Shown: positions 1-9,883 of the stretch, piece by piece
Numbering within the stretch: position 1 is the stretch's first letter
Layout: each line of letters begins with the position of its first letter
IMG/VR virus record: IMGVR_UViG_3300033143_001983
Location: 1-62,966 of that record
Origin: a virus
Lineage: Duplodnaviria; Caudoviricetes
DNA: 62,966 nt
Reading direction: 5' to 3' (one strand)
Made by a program: the position numbers and the translations under genes
Notes under the pieces: model-generated
What the model was told of the DNA's origin: nothing
The model's input: only the letters and a program-made list of their open reading frames with translations
The model's database searches: none

Positions 1-119
1 CTGCTTTCTTAGCACAAGTAGTGCAATGGACCCAATTTCCAGCACATACGATTCTAGGAACAAAGCTCCATTCATTGCGGCATATTGGACACTTGCTCCC
101 AAACTCAGCTATTTCGTCA

Positions 120-320
120 TCAGTCATTAGTTTCCTTTAACTGTTCTTTAATTCCGGCTATTTTATCATCTTCTGCCTTCTGAGCCTCTAGCTGCTCCTG
201 TAAGACGTTCTCGAAATAAGATGATATCTCGGTTGCCTTAAGGTTCTTAGTGGTCTGAGAGGCGTTATTACGCACTAACAGGCGGTTATTAGGTAGAATC
301 TTTATCATATAGTCAAACAT
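120..320 (-). CDS. hypothetical protein
   Basis: 66-aa ORF in a tightly packed minus-strand run. Confidence 0.55.
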   Translation of the reverse strand: MFDYMIKILPNNRLLVRNNASQTTKNLKATEISSYFENVLQEQLEAQKAEDDKIAGIKEQLKETND

Positions 321-619
321 TACTTAGACTCCTCGTCCATTAACCTGATCCAAGCGTCCATTTCTGCTATAATTGATTTAATAGCTTCTAAGTCATGGTC
401 TTCTCTAGCTACATCTAATCTTTTGTGAGCATCTGCTATCATTTCCTCGAAACTATTAAACTCATTATACTGTTCCATTATAAATCCTCGTGATATCGAC
501 TAACTATTAAGGCGATAATACCACCATACAGTAGAATCTGTAAATATGCAACATAAATATTTGCTCCGATTCCTGATAAGATAATACATGCTAGTGATAA
601 TATTACTGCTAAAATAATT

Positions 620-820
620 TTAATGCTCATCTAGTTCCTTCGGTGCTTCTAAAAACACATCTTTTTCTTCTGTTTTCACTACCTTAGCATTACCTCTAGT
701 TATAGGCAACATGTTCTCTACAGACGACCAATCGCTTTGATCGTACCATACGAATTCAGTGCCGTCTTGTAGTAGTTCGGAATTTCTAATTGTGTGACGA
801 TATAATTTAATTCTTTCCAT
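620..820 (-). CDS. hypothetical protein
   Basis: 66-aa ORF with AGGAGG RBS, overlaps upstream ORF. Confidence 0.65.
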   Translation of the reverse strand: MERIKLYRHTIRNSELLQDGTEFVWYDQSDWSSVENMLPITRGNAKVVKTEEKDVFLEAPKELDEH

Positions 821-989
821 ATCTTGCCTCCTTTAATAATTTCTCTGTTATGTTATTGATTTTGCGTATTATAAATAACTTCTCAGTTTCGGGCATATTA
901 TAACTTGACAGACTTGAAATGAGTAAGTCTCGCTCAAGTTTGAGCTTCTCAACTTCTTCTTTATCTTCAAATGGCTTGAACTCTTCCAC
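807..989 (-). CDS. hypothetical protein
   Basis: 60-aa ORF, GTG start, GAGG RBS. Confidence 0.6.
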   Translation of the reverse strand: MEEFKPFEDKEEVEKLKLERDLLISSLSSYNMPETEKLFIIRKINNITEKLLKEARYGKN

Positions 990-1011
990 AATTAAACTAC
1001 CTCATGTTATT

Positions 1012-1035
1012 GATTATACAGGAATATGTATAATC
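1012..1035. promoter_or_regulatory. inverted repeat, possible operator overlapping a TATAAT box
   Basis: GATTATACA-ggaata-TGTATAATC just upstream of the 807..989 gene. Confidence 0.35.
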
Positions 1036-1264
1036 TTAAGTTACCTACTAAGCACCTTATATCGTCATATTTTTCCTTCAGAAAAATTGACATGCTAATT
1101 CCTATATTCATCAACTCTCTTTCCATCTACATAACTACAGTCCATAGATCTTTCTATCTTCTGTTCAAGTGATAACTTTGCAAGAGACTCAGTACATATA
1201 TCTACATATACTTCCCGAGTCATAGGCTCTCCTGAGAATAACATAAGTAGCTTGATTATACCTA

Positions 1265-1555
1265 TCATCGCTTAAGTGCCTTGATTTTGGTGGAAATACT
1301 AGAAGGAGTAGCCTTTACATCTATACAATCGTTCATAAGCTCCTCTCCCATCATAGTTGCCATGTGGTATTTGATGAAATCGTTCTCTTCGCTAGATAAA
1401 GAGCCTTTAATGATGGACTGTGAGGCGTTTACCTCGACAATCCACTCATCAATCCACTGTTCTAGTGCAATTTCCCTTGCTATTCGCCCCGACTTCCTAT
1501 CAGTTCCCTCTATTTGCATCACTTTCTTTAGTTCTTTTAATGATTTATCGTTCAT
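1265..1555 (-). CDS. hypothetical protein
   Basis: 96-aa ORF downstream of a sigma70-like promoter. Confidence 0.65.
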   Translation of the reverse strand: MNDKSLKELKKVMQIEGTDRKSGRIAREIALEQWIDEWIVEVNASQSIIKGSLSSEENDFIKYHMATMMGEELMNDCIDVKATPSSISTKIKALKR

Positions 1556-1632
1556 CTGTCACTTTCTCTTGTTAGTTTTGCAGGTTATGTTCGTTATCTG
1601 CTATCTGACACCCCTTTCCGAGGTTCTTTTAA

Positions 1633-1661
1633 ATGGTATATGAAGTTCTTATTTCTGTCAA
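1633..1661 (-). promoter_or_regulatory. sigma70-like promoter
   Basis: TTGACA-17 nt-TACCAT on minus strand. Confidence 0.6.
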
Positions 1662-1701
1662 GTGATTTTTCAGCTATTTTCGGCAAAAAGCACCCCCGAC
1701 C

Positions 1702-1872
1702 CTATTCCTCTTCAAATGGGTCAGAATCATCATGTGGGAATCCGAAGAAATCTATGATTTTGTACGCCTCTTCCAGAGAATATGCTAGACTATCGCAGAT
1801 AATCTCCACATCACTTTCTGTGAAGGTCATTATCATTGGTACTTGATGTTTGCTTACAAATCCTAATGTCAT
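1702..1872 (-). CDS. small acidic hypothetical protein (56 aa, not in ORF track)
   Basis: MTLGFVSKHQ...DPFEEE, AAGGA RBS, directly after a promoter. Confidence 0.5.
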   Translation of the reverse strand: MTLGFVSKHQVPMIMTFTESDVEIICDSLAYSLEEAYKIIDFFGFPHDDSDPFEEE

Positions 1873-1892
1873 TTTTTCCTTTTGTTAGATAT

Positions 1893-1920
1893 ATCCTACC
1901 ATATCTGAACCAGTAGTCAA
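1893..1920 (-). promoter_or_regulatory. sigma70-like promoter with extended -10
   Basis: TTGACT-16 nt-TAGGAT with TG upstream of -10. Confidence 0.5.
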
Positions 1921-1984
1921 CATATATCTTGTTATCACGGATTGTTACTTCAAAGGAATAGGAACAACTTACTATGATATATAG

Positions 1985-2290
1985 TAGCAGCTTATCTGTG
2001 GTGCGGTTCTTCTCAAGAGTAAACCTAATCAGTACATCACATATCCCACTATAACATTACCTTTCGGTATCAAATGTAAGTTCGTGAGTTAGAATTAGCC
2101 TGTTACCTCCAATCCATACCTTCTGATACTGCCGGACTATTCGCCCATTTAAAGCCTCACCCACTGTAAACCTCTATAAAGGCTGGGATAAGGCTGTGTA
2201 GGTAAGTTAACGTCATCCTACTGATGTGTGACTCTACTTAGGTTATTGCCAAGTAGTAGAAATGCATCTTAGATGGTAGCATATGTCTGG
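1985..2290 (-). ncRNA. candidate structured RNA in divergent intergenic region
   Basis: No ORF; hairpins at 2054-2077 (GAAA tetraloop on minus) and 2153-2195 (G.U pairs only on minus); long-range ATCAGTA/TACTGAT pair. Confidence 0.35.
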
Positions 2291-2320
2291 AAATTTTGCA
2301 ACTCATTGCTACTTTTTATC

Positions 2321-2408
2321 TAAGTACTTGTAATTATTAAAATATGGCATAATTAATTAATAATACACTGTAAAATTAACAACTATATAATGTAAACTAA
2401 TGTTTACA
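2321..2408 (+). promoter_or_regulatory. putative late promoter 1: IHF-like site + TTAACAACTATATA + hairpin
   Basis: TAAgtacTTGTAA at 2321; motif at 2376-2389; TGTAAAC-taat-GTTTACA at 2391-2408. Confidence 0.7.
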
Positions 2409-2424
2409 AAATGTAGGAGAATGT

Positions 2425-2652
2425 ATGGACAATAAATTAAGAATAGAAGCATTACAAAGATTGATGACTAGCCCATCTGAAAGGTATAAGAAAGTTACGG
2501 ATAAATATAAAGACTCAAATCCAGATGAAGAACTAAGAAAAGTCTATAACGAAGCTTATGATATTACTCATAAAGGTATGACTCAAGAAGAAAAAGAAGA
2601 AGCTGCTGAAAGAGAGTATCGTGCCAAGAGAAAAGAAATGGGACTCGAATAA
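2425..2652 (+). CDS. small charged hypothetical protein, first late gene
   Basis: 75 aa, AGGAG RBS, follows conserved motif. Confidence 0.75.
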   Translation: MDNKLRIEALQRLMTSPSERYKKVTDKYKDSNPDEELRKVYNEAYDITHKGMTQEEKEEAAEREYRAKRKEMGLE

Positions 2653-2789
2653 TGGATATAGAGAAAAATAAATACCTTGACAAAGTTAAAAAGAAAAAAG
2701 AACGAGAAAAAAAGATAATGCCTCTAAAGCAGGAAGATAAGAGATTATTCAGTAAAATCAGAAACGCAATTAAAAAACAAAAAAAATAA
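2652..2789 (+). CDS. small Lys-rich protein (45 aa, not in ORF track)
   Basis: TAATG coupling to upstream gene; MDIEKNKY...FSKIRNAIKKQKK. Confidence 0.6.
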   Translation: MDIEKNKYLDKVKKKKEREKKIMPLKQEDKRLFSKIRNAIKKQKK

Positions 2790-2797
2790 GGACATTT

Positions 2798-3115
2798 ATG
2801 AAAAAATTAATTGAAGCAACTCCATTACTATTGTTACTATCACTAGTACCTTTCCTTTTCTACAGTCAGCCTAATATTGCCCAATCGGTTATATTGTCGG
2901 CAATTGCTGGATTATTCGGATTTACTGTATACTTAGAAAGTCTTAAAAAACCTGACTATGTTAAAATCTTCACAGAAAGGTTAGACGAAAGAGATCTTGA
3001 AAATGACAAGAAGCTTAATATCTTATTAAAAGAGATCGAGGAACTAAGAGCTACTCAGGGTAAATTAAATATTGTAAAAAAGACTGAAGATAGAATTAAA
3101 AACTATAAATGGTAG
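2798..3115 (+). CDS. membrane protein, two TM helices plus coiled coil
   Basis: Two hydrophobic N-terminal segments; AAGGA RBS. Confidence 0.7.
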   Translation: MKKLIEATPLLLLLSLVPFLFYSQPNIAQSVILSAIAGLFGFTVYLESLKKPDYVKIFTERLDERDLENDKKLNILLKEIEELRATQGKLNIVKKTEDRIKNYKW

Positions 3116-3118
3116 AAT

Positions 3119-3280
3119 ATGAAGCCTTACGGAAAAAAAGATAACTGCTGGTGTGATGGACCTCCATATGAGAAGTGTGAGCTATGTTGTCCAAATAGAG
3201 AAGAGAAGCGTCATCTTAAGAAAAAGATTCGTCAAAGGGTTAAAAAAGAAATTAAGAAGGAATTAAATGATGAACGATAA
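3119..3280 (+). CDS. small Cys-rich basic protein (53 aa, not in ORF track)
   Basis: MKPYGKKDNCWCDGPPYEKCELCCP... fills the gap between neighbours. Confidence 0.45.
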   Translation: MKPYGKKDNCWCDGPPYEKCELCCPNREEKRHLKKKIRQRVKKEIKKELNDER

Positions 3281-3626
3281 CTTTGATTTAGGAGAAGCTG
3301 GAAAAGAACTTGAAGCTCTTCAAAAGCGCATAGCAGAACTTGAAGTCGAGAATAGTCGCCTCAAGCATGTTATTGTAGAAAATGAACTAGAAGAAGAAAT
3401 CGAAGGTATTGACTGTACGAGCATTGAAGAGGTTATATGTACACAGGGTATTCGTTACATAGGAAGTTTAGTTGAAGCTCAGGACTTTGATAAATCTGAT
3501 ATACAAAACTTCGACACCCTTTACAAGACTCTAAGGACCATAAGAGGATTGACTACTCCATCTACTAAGAAAAACAAAGTAACTAACGTATCTGAATTAC
3601 TTAAAATAGTAGGAAAAGGCGAGTAA
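3267..3626 (+). CDS. putative terminase small subunit
   Basis: 119-aa coiled-coil protein upstream of TerL, separated only by an HNH gene; function from position only. Confidence 0.4.
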   Translation: MMNDNFDLGEAGKELEALQKRIAELEVENSRLKHVIVENELEEEIEGIDCTSIEEVICTQGIRYIGSLVEAQDFDKSDIQNFDTLYKTLRTIRGLTTPSTKKNKVTNVSELLKIVGKGE

Positions 3627-4222
3627 TGGGTTACAACAAAGATTATTATCAAAAAAATAAGGAGGCTATCTTAAAAAAACAAAGAGATTATTATAAGAAT
3701 AATAAAGAAAAGGTAATAAAAAGACAAACAGAAAGGTACAATAAAGACAAAGATAATATTTTAGAGATTCAAAAAAAGTATCAATCTAAAAATAAAGAAA
3801 AAATAGCTGCATATAATAAGAAATATAACGAAGAGAATAAAGATTTAATAAGATCTAAGAAAAAAGAATATGATAAAAATAGAAAAGAAGCGAAAACTGC
3901 ATACTCCAAAAAATATTATAAAGAAAATAAAGAAAAGATAAATAAAAAACACAAAAAATACGATAAGAATAATAGGGATAAATGTAACGCTAGAGCTGCT
4001 AAAAGAAGAGCCTCTAAGATAAAAGCCACTCCTGATTGGGCTGATAAAACAAAAATACAAGTGTTATACGAAAAAGCTAAATGGCTAGAGTCGCTAACCG
4101 GATTAATTTATCATGTTGATCATATAATTCCCTTAAAAGGAGAAAACGTATGTGGACTTCATATCTGGGAAAATTTACAAATACTAGAAGCATCTTTGAA
4201 TTGTTCAAAAGGCAATAAATAA
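3626..4222 (+). CDS. HNH endonuclease with N-terminal YYxxNKE-type helical repeats
   Basis: C-terminal YHVDHIIPLKG...GLH..ENLQIL...N.SKGNK HNH motif. Confidence 0.85.
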   Translation: MGYNKDYYQKNKEAILKKQRDYYKNNKEKVIKRQTERYNKDKDNILEIQKKYQSKNKEKIAAYNKKYNEENKDLIRSKKKEYDKNRKEAKTAYSKKYYKENKEKINKKHKKYDKNNRDKCNARAAKRRASKIKATPDWADKTKIQVLYEKAKWLESLTGLIYHVDHIIPLKGENVCGLHIWENLQILEASLNCSKGNK

Positions 4223-5736
4223 TGACAAAAGAATATGGAGAACCACCTAAAAGCTCTAAGCGTAAAAAGAATATGTCTAGAGAAGCAGCTATCGAAGCTC
4301 TCTGGAGACAGGGAAAACTCGTATGGAAGCTTAAAGGTAAACAGATTGATATTTACGATCACTTCACTGATGATGAAGATGATATAAGTGCCTGTCTAAT
4401 TTCTAGAAGATTTGGTAAATCATTTACATTATGCTTAATCGCCATAGAAAAGTGCTTACAAAATCCTTTCGGAGTTGTTAAGTATGCTTGTCCAAAACAA
4501 AAGCAAGTTGAATCCACTATTAGACCAATTATATTAAAAATAATAAATGATTGCCCAGATGATATAAAGCCAGAATGGAAAACTCAAAGTAAATCGTGGG
4601 TATTTCCTAACGGAGCTGAGATACAAATTGCCGGAACTGATGGTGGGAATTATGACACACTAAGAGGTGGAGCGTCTATCTTATGTATCGCAGATGAAGC
4701 AGCTTTTATGGATGAGTTAGAGACTGTTATTTATTCAGTACTAGCTCCTACCACAGATACAACAGATGGTAAGATACTACTAGCCACTACGCCAAATGAT
4801 AAGGATGCTAACCATGAATTTCATGAGCACTTCTTGCGACCATTTGAAGCAGCAGGTAAGCTCTTAAAGTTCACATATAAAGACTCTCCTATGGTAGACG
4901 AAGCCAAGATGTCAAGAATAATTAAAAGATATCCGGGTGGAGTTAACAATATAAAATTCAGATGTGAGTACCTTTGTGAGATTCCAAACGTAACAGAATC
5001 TAATGTTATTCCAGAATTTGCTCCAATTAAGGATAAGATCGTCAAAGAAGTAGAAACTCCAGATCATTGCGATTTCTACACTTCAATGGATTTAGGTTTC
5101 AAAGATTTAACTGTGGCACTTTTCGGCTACTACGATTTCAGAAACGCTAGGCTAGTAATATTAGATGAATATATAATTAACGGTCCAGATCTGAAAACAG
5201 ACATACTAGATAAAAACATAAGACACAAAGAGGATCTTAGATTTAAAACTACATTAGGATCTCAACCAGCACATTTGAGAGTAATGGATAATAACAACTT
5301 AATGCTTGTAAATGAGCTTACTAAGTCATATGACCTAACTTTTATCCCAACAGCCAAGCATAATAAAGAACAGGCTATAGATACCGTAAGAAGATGGGTT
5401 GAGCAGGAGAAGATAATAATTCACCCAAGATGTGTTAATTTAATATACCACACACAATATGCTCAGTGGCAATTTACCAGATCTGGAACGTCTACAGGGA
5501 AATTCAAGCACTTAAAAGGTAATGATACTGCCGGACTTTTAACGTCACATGCCGATGCTTTGGATGCTTTGATATATATGGTGAGGAATATCCATACATA
5601 CAGAAATCCTTATCCTGAATTTCACGGCATGGATGTAGGTCCAGAAACTCATATAACCAAACATTACCGGGATAATAAAGCGTCCCAAACTATTGATTTA
5701 ATGAGAAAAATCATGAATTTAAAAAAGAAAGCTTGA
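4222..5736 (+). CDS. terL: terminase large subunit
   Basis: Walker A SRRFGKS, Walker B CIADEAAF, coupling motif ATTP, nuclease MDLGFKD and HADALDA. Confidence 0.95.
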   Translation: MTKEYGEPPKSSKRKKNMSREAAIEALWRQGKLVWKLKGKQIDIYDHFTDDEDDISACLISRRFGKSFTLCLIAIEKCLQNPFGVVKYACPKQKQVESTIRPIILKIINDCPDDIKPEWKTQSKSWVFPNGAEIQIAGTDGGNYDTLRGGASILCIADEAAFMDELETVIYSVLAPTTDTTDGKILLATTPNDKDANHEFHEHFLRPFEAAGKLLKFTYKDSPMVDEAKMSRIIKRYPGGVNNIKFRCEYLCEIPNVTESNVIPEFAPIKDKIVKEVETPDHCDFYTSMDLGFKDLTVALFGYYDFRNARLVILDEYIINGPDLKTDILDKNIRHKEDLRFKTTLGSQPAHLRVMDNNNLMLVNELTKSYDLTFIPTAKHNKEQAIDTVRRWVEQEKIIIHPRCVNLIYHTQYAQWQFTRSGTSTGKFKHLKGNDTAGLLTSHADALDALIYMVRNIHTYRNPYPEFHGMDVGPETHITKHYRDNKASQTIDLMRKIMNLKKKA

Positions 5737-5768
5737 CTTTTAATACATAATTTAACAACTATATTATA
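5686..5768 (+). promoter_or_regulatory. putative late promoter 2 (portal)
   Basis: IHF consensus CAAactaTTGATT at 5686-5698 inside terL; TTAACAACTATATTATA at 5752-5768. Confidence 0.7.
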
Positions 5769-5788
5769 GTTAATACATAAGGAAAAAC

Positions 5789-7888
5789 ATGAGCAGAAAC
5801 GTATACTTCGCAGCAGATAAACCTGACGTAACAGTAAGATTCTTAGACGAAAAGGCTAAGGATTGGTTCACTGGAATCAGTGACTCTAGTTACCTTAGTA
5901 AGATAGAAAGATCTTGGAGAGCCTACTACGGTGAGTATTATGGCGATTCTGGGAATTCTCATGGCATTAGTTATGGAGGAGAAAGCGGAGAAATAGTTAA
6001 TTTAGCCGTAAATCACTACCGAAACTTAGCCAGACATATACACGTAATGGTTACTGGTACTAGACCAGCTTTCCAATGTCGTGCAATTAACACCGATAGG
6101 AAATCTCTTATACAGGCAAAGCTAGGAAACGGTCTACTCGACTATTATATGCGAGAAATGAGACTCGAAGAAATCCTAAAGCAAGCCGTAGAGTATGCTA
6201 TTATATTAGGATCAGGTTATGTAAAATTAGAATGGAACAGTACAAAAGGTAAAGTCTACGACTTCGTAGAGCCTGATCCAAGTTCCATAATTGATGAAGA
6301 TGAAGACGGAAACCCTCTTGACGAAAAAGGAAATATCCTAGAAGCATTACCTCTTTTTGAAGGTGATATGGAATATTCACTAGTTTCTCCATATGATATT
6401 ATATTCGACTCAACTAAAGAATACTTCGACAAAAATGAATGGGTTGTTTGTAGAAGTAAGATCTGTAAATATAGTCTAGCTGCTAAATACCCGGAATATG
6501 CTGATGAAATTATAGAATTAGATACGGTAGATAAAGAACAAAAATCTAAAAGAGATAGCTCATATTCAAAAACACATCAAACAGACGATGTTTTCGTTAA
6601 GGAACTTTTTCATAAAAGAACTCCAGCAATGCCTAACGGAAAATATATGTTATATGTAAATGAAGATATTATACTAGAAGATACGATGCTTCCTTATAGA
6701 GATCTTCCAATTTATAGAATCACACCTTCAAGCATTATCGGAACTCCTTACGGATATACAGATATGTTTGACTTACTTCCGCTACAAGAAATGCTAAACA
6801 GCATGTACTCAACTGCCGCAACTAATATTAGCGCATTTGGTGTTCAATCAATACTTTCTCCTAGAGGAGCTGGAATTGAGCAAGAACAAGTTGGTAATGG
6901 GATGCAATTTCTACATTATAATCATGATGCTGGTAAACCAGAACCTCTTCAATTGACCGCAACTTCTCCAGAAGTATATCAGATGATGGGACTATTAGAA
7001 AAGACGATGGAAACATTATCAGGAGTTAACTCAGTTGCCCGTGGTAATCCTGAGCAATCCCTTAGATCTGGAAACGCACTTGCACTAGTACAATCTCAGG
7101 CACTTCAGTTTGTGTCTGGACTTCAGCAATCATATGTTAGATTACTTGAAGATGTAGGAACTGGAACAATAAATATCTTAAAGGATTTTGCAAGTTCGCC
7201 AAGAATGATTGCAATTGCAGGAGTAAATAATACTTCAGAAATGACAACATTTAAAGCAGACGATATTAAATCTATTAATAGAGTAATTGTTGATTCAGGA
7301 AATGCACTTATGAACTCTACAGCAGGTAGAGCGCAAGTGGCAGAAAACTTGCTTCAAATGGGGTTAATTGATAATATCGACAAATACCTAATGGTACTTA
7401 ACACTGGAAATCTAGATTATTTAACTGACGGAAAAATTGATAACTTAACATTAATTAAATCTGAAAATGAGGCGATGGTAAAAGGCGAAATTCAACAAGC
7501 AATTTGGTCTGAGCGTCACTCAATGCACATAAAAGAGCACATGGAAGTTTTAAACGATACGGAGCTTAAGAAAGATTCTCAATTAGTACAACTAGTCCTA
7601 GACCACGTACAAGAACATGCTAACTTGCTTCGTACAATTGATCCTGCACTACTTGCAATGGTAGGAGAGCAACCAATTGCTCCAGCACCAAACCCAGCTA
7701 ATATGGGACAACAAGGACAACCAGCCGGACCTCAACCAACAGGACAACCAATTCCTATGGATCAAGGTAATGCGCAGACAATGGCTCCACAAGATAGTAC
7801 TGCTCAAGGTATGCCTAATTTACCAACTCCTGCCGGAGTAAATGAAGGAATACTTCCTGAGATGCCGCAAAAACCGAGTGACTTATAA
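5789..7888 (+). CDS. portal protein
   Basis: 699 aa directly after TerL, podovirus portal-like composition with Pro/Gln-rich C-terminal tail. Confidence 0.88.
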   Translation: MSRNVYFAADKPDVTVRFLDEKAKDWFTGISDSSYLSKIERSWRAYYGEYYGDSGNSHGISYGGESGEIVNLAVNHYRNLARHIHVMVTGTRPAFQCRAINTDRKSLIQAKLGNGLLDYYMREMRLEEILKQAVEYAIILGSGYVKLEWNSTKGKVYDFVEPDPSSIIDEDEDGNPLDEKGNILEALPLFEGDMEYSLVSPYDIIFDSTKEYFDKNEWVVCRSKICKYSLAAKYPEYADEIIELDTVDKEQKSKRDSSYSKTHQTDDVFVKELFHKRTPAMPNGKYMLYVNEDIILEDTMLPYRDLPIYRITPSSIIGTPYGYTDMFDLLPLQEMLNSMYSTAATNISAFGVQSILSPRGAGIEQEQVGNGMQFLHYNHDAGKPEPLQLTATSPEVYQMMGLLEKTMETLSGVNSVARGNPEQSLRSGNALALVQSQALQFVSGLQQSYVRLLEDVGTGTINILKDFASSPRMIAIAGVNNTSEMTTFKADDIKSINRVIVDSGNALMNSTAGRAQVAENLLQMGLIDNIDKYLMVLNTGNLDYLTDGKIDNLTLIKSENEAMVKGEIQQAIWSERHSMHIKEHMEVLNDTELKKDSQLVQLVLDHVQEHANLLRTIDPALLAMVGEQPIAPAPNPANMGQQGQPAGPQPTGQPIPMDQGNAQTMAPQDSTAQGMPNLPTPAGVNEGILPEMPQKPSDL

Positions 7889-8235
7889 TGGCTGGTCAAA
7901 GGATAAAGTACATTAATCACAAATTTAAAGATAATCATAGAATTAGCACTAGAGCTTATACTTCACAGAGTACTGGAGCAAAGTATCGTCCTATACTCAA
8001 CCTTACAGATATGGTTTATTATATCCGCAATGAAAGATCTAAGGAATATGTTTTTAAGAGTGATTCTTATACAAATTTAAATGTGTTAAAGAGAAATGCT
8101 AGGGCAAAACTTGAAGGATATGGAGTAGTACTAAAAACTGAAAGTAGAGATAGACAATTTGGTTTATGTAAAGCCGGATATTCTCAAAAAGAACATGAAA
8201 CAATAAGTAATTTACAAAAAGATGAGGAGATATAA
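7888..8235 (+). CDS. hypothetical basic protein
   Basis: 115 aa, TAATG coupling to portal. Confidence 0.7.
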   Translation: MAGQRIKYINHKFKDNHRISTRAYTSQSTGAKYRPILNLTDMVYYIRNERSKEYVFKSDSYTNLNVLKRNARAKLEGYGVVLKTESRDRQFGLCKAGYSQKEHETISNLQKDEEI

Positions 8236-8236
8236 T

Positions 8237-8476
8237 ATGGGTTGGGGAGAAGATGAGAAACGTGAATTCCGTGAAGGGTTTACTAAACAAAAAGAAAAAG
8301 TAAAAAAGAAAAATACTAGAAAAGAAAGACTAGCAGCATTTCTTGCAGGACTTACTCCAGAAGAAAGAGCTGAAAGAGAAAGAAAAATAAAAGCACAAAG
8401 CTCTAGTTATAAAGATGGCGGAGTTTGCAAGAAAAGCTACTTTGGCAAAATAAAAGAAAAAATAAAGAAAAAATAA
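8237..8476 (+). CDS. small basic protein
   Basis: GAGGAG RBS favours ATG 8237 over 8222; ends YKDGG...YFGKIKEKIKKK. Confidence 0.65.
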   Translation: MGWGEDEKREFREGFTKQKEKVKKKNTRKERLAAFLAGLTPEERAERERKIKAQSSSYKDGGVCKKSYFGKIKEKIKKK

Positions 8477-8544
8477 GTTTTTAATATCCTCTACCATAAT
8501 GGCGAGGTAACTATGCTATATCAATAGACTAGCAAGGAGAAAAA

Positions 8545-9591
8545 ATGAAAACACGTAATTGGTCATTTCTGACCACAGTAAAACTAATGTTATCAAACGA
8601 AAGAGGCGAGATCGGAGTTTCTGAAGAAGTTACCTCAGAAGAAGTAGCAGATGCTTTAGTAGAAGAATCGGAAGAGAACACAGAAGAAGTAGTTCTTGAT
8701 GAGGAATCTTCAGAAGAAGTTGTAGAAGTACAAGCTGAAACTGAAACAGAATTAGAAGAAGAAATTAAAGATGCTATCGAAGATGGTGCAACTGAAGAAG
8801 AAGTAAAAAACATGATTCGTCAGTTTACTTTAAAAGTTGATGGTAAAGAATTTGTAAGAGAATTCGACCTAAATGACGAAGAAGCTTTAACTAAGCAATT
8901 TCAATTGGCGGCAAAAGGTCAACAGTCTATGCAAGAGCTTCAAGAGCTTAAAAACGCATATTCCAATGAACTTAAAAGATTATTAGATGATCCCTTTGCA
9001 GTACTAAAAGAAATGGACCCTGATTTTGATCCTCTAGATGTGTCGGCTAAATATATTGACAGACTTGCTAAAGAGCAGGAAATGTCTCCAGAAGAAAAAG
9101 CTAATATCCAAAGACAAAGAGATTTTGAAGAAATTAAAGCTGAGAGAGATGCTTTAAAACAGGCTGCTGTAGATAAAGAACAAGAAGCTCAAAGAGTTGC
9201 ATTGGCTGAAGAGATTCAAACAGATATTATGGCTGCTTTATCAGGAGATGATGAGCTTGTGGCAGATAGAGAAACTGTTGCTCTAGTGGCTGAGAACCTT
9301 ATGTGGGCGGCTAGAAACAATATGCATGATATTACTGCAAAAGATGTACTTCCTACCGTTAAAGACCAATTGAGAGCTAATTTTCAAAAGTCAGCTTCTA
9401 GATTTAAGTCTACTGCGGCACTTAAGCAATATATGGGAGAAGATCTTCTTAATAAGCTCAGAGAAGAGAGAGTAGAGCAAGCTAAGAAGCAAGTAAAGAA
9501 CACTAGCAGCATTGATACAGGAGTATCTAAACCAGATAGTGCAAAAGAAGAAAAAAGAGAGAAGATTAAACTAAGTAGCTTATTTAGATAA
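8545..9591 (+). CDS. capsid scaffolding protein
   Basis: Acidic helical protein with LKVDGKE motif between portal and capsid genes. Confidence 0.8.
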   Translation: MKTRNWSFLTTVKLMLSNERGEIGVSEEVTSEEVADALVEESEENTEEVVLDEESSEEVVEVQAETETELEEEIKDAIEDGATEEEVKNMIRQFTLKVDGKEFVREFDLNDEEALTKQFQLAAKGQQSMQELQELKNAYSNELKRLLDDPFAVLKEMDPDFDPLDVSAKYIDRLAKEQEMSPEEKANIQRQRDFEEIKAERDALKQAAVDKEQEAQRVALAEEIQTDIMAALSGDDELVADRETVALVAENLMWAARNNMHDITAKDVLPTVKDQLRANFQKSASRFKSTAALKQYMGEDLLNKLREERVEQAKKQVKNTSSIDTGVSKPDSAKEEKREKIKLSSLFR

Positions 9592-9595
9592 TATG

Positions 9596-9697
9596 TAAGT
9601 AACTGTAATCATTGTAAATCTTAATTTTAATTACTTTTTCTTTGATTATGGTTGCTTTTTTTTAACAACTATGTTATAGAATGGCAGATTTTCTGCC
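9596..9697 (+). promoter_or_regulatory. putative late promoter 3 (major capsid)
   Basis: Degenerate IHF-like TAAgtaaCTGTAA at 9596; TTAACAACTATGTTATA at 9662-9678; GGCAGA-ttt-TCTGCC hairpin at 9683-9697. Confidence 0.65.
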
Positions 9698-9883
9698 TTA
9701 AAAATAAACACCTTTTTCTACTGCTTATGCGGTTGAAGGAGATTTCCAGAAAAACCACTATACCCTCGGATTAGTGCTCTGATTTTGGAATACCAATTTT
9801 AAACTAAAAAGTTTTGAAGAACGGTCGTTTGTGTAACTTAACTAACTAAATGTCCACCAAGATGTCGGACAAGGAGAATTAAA

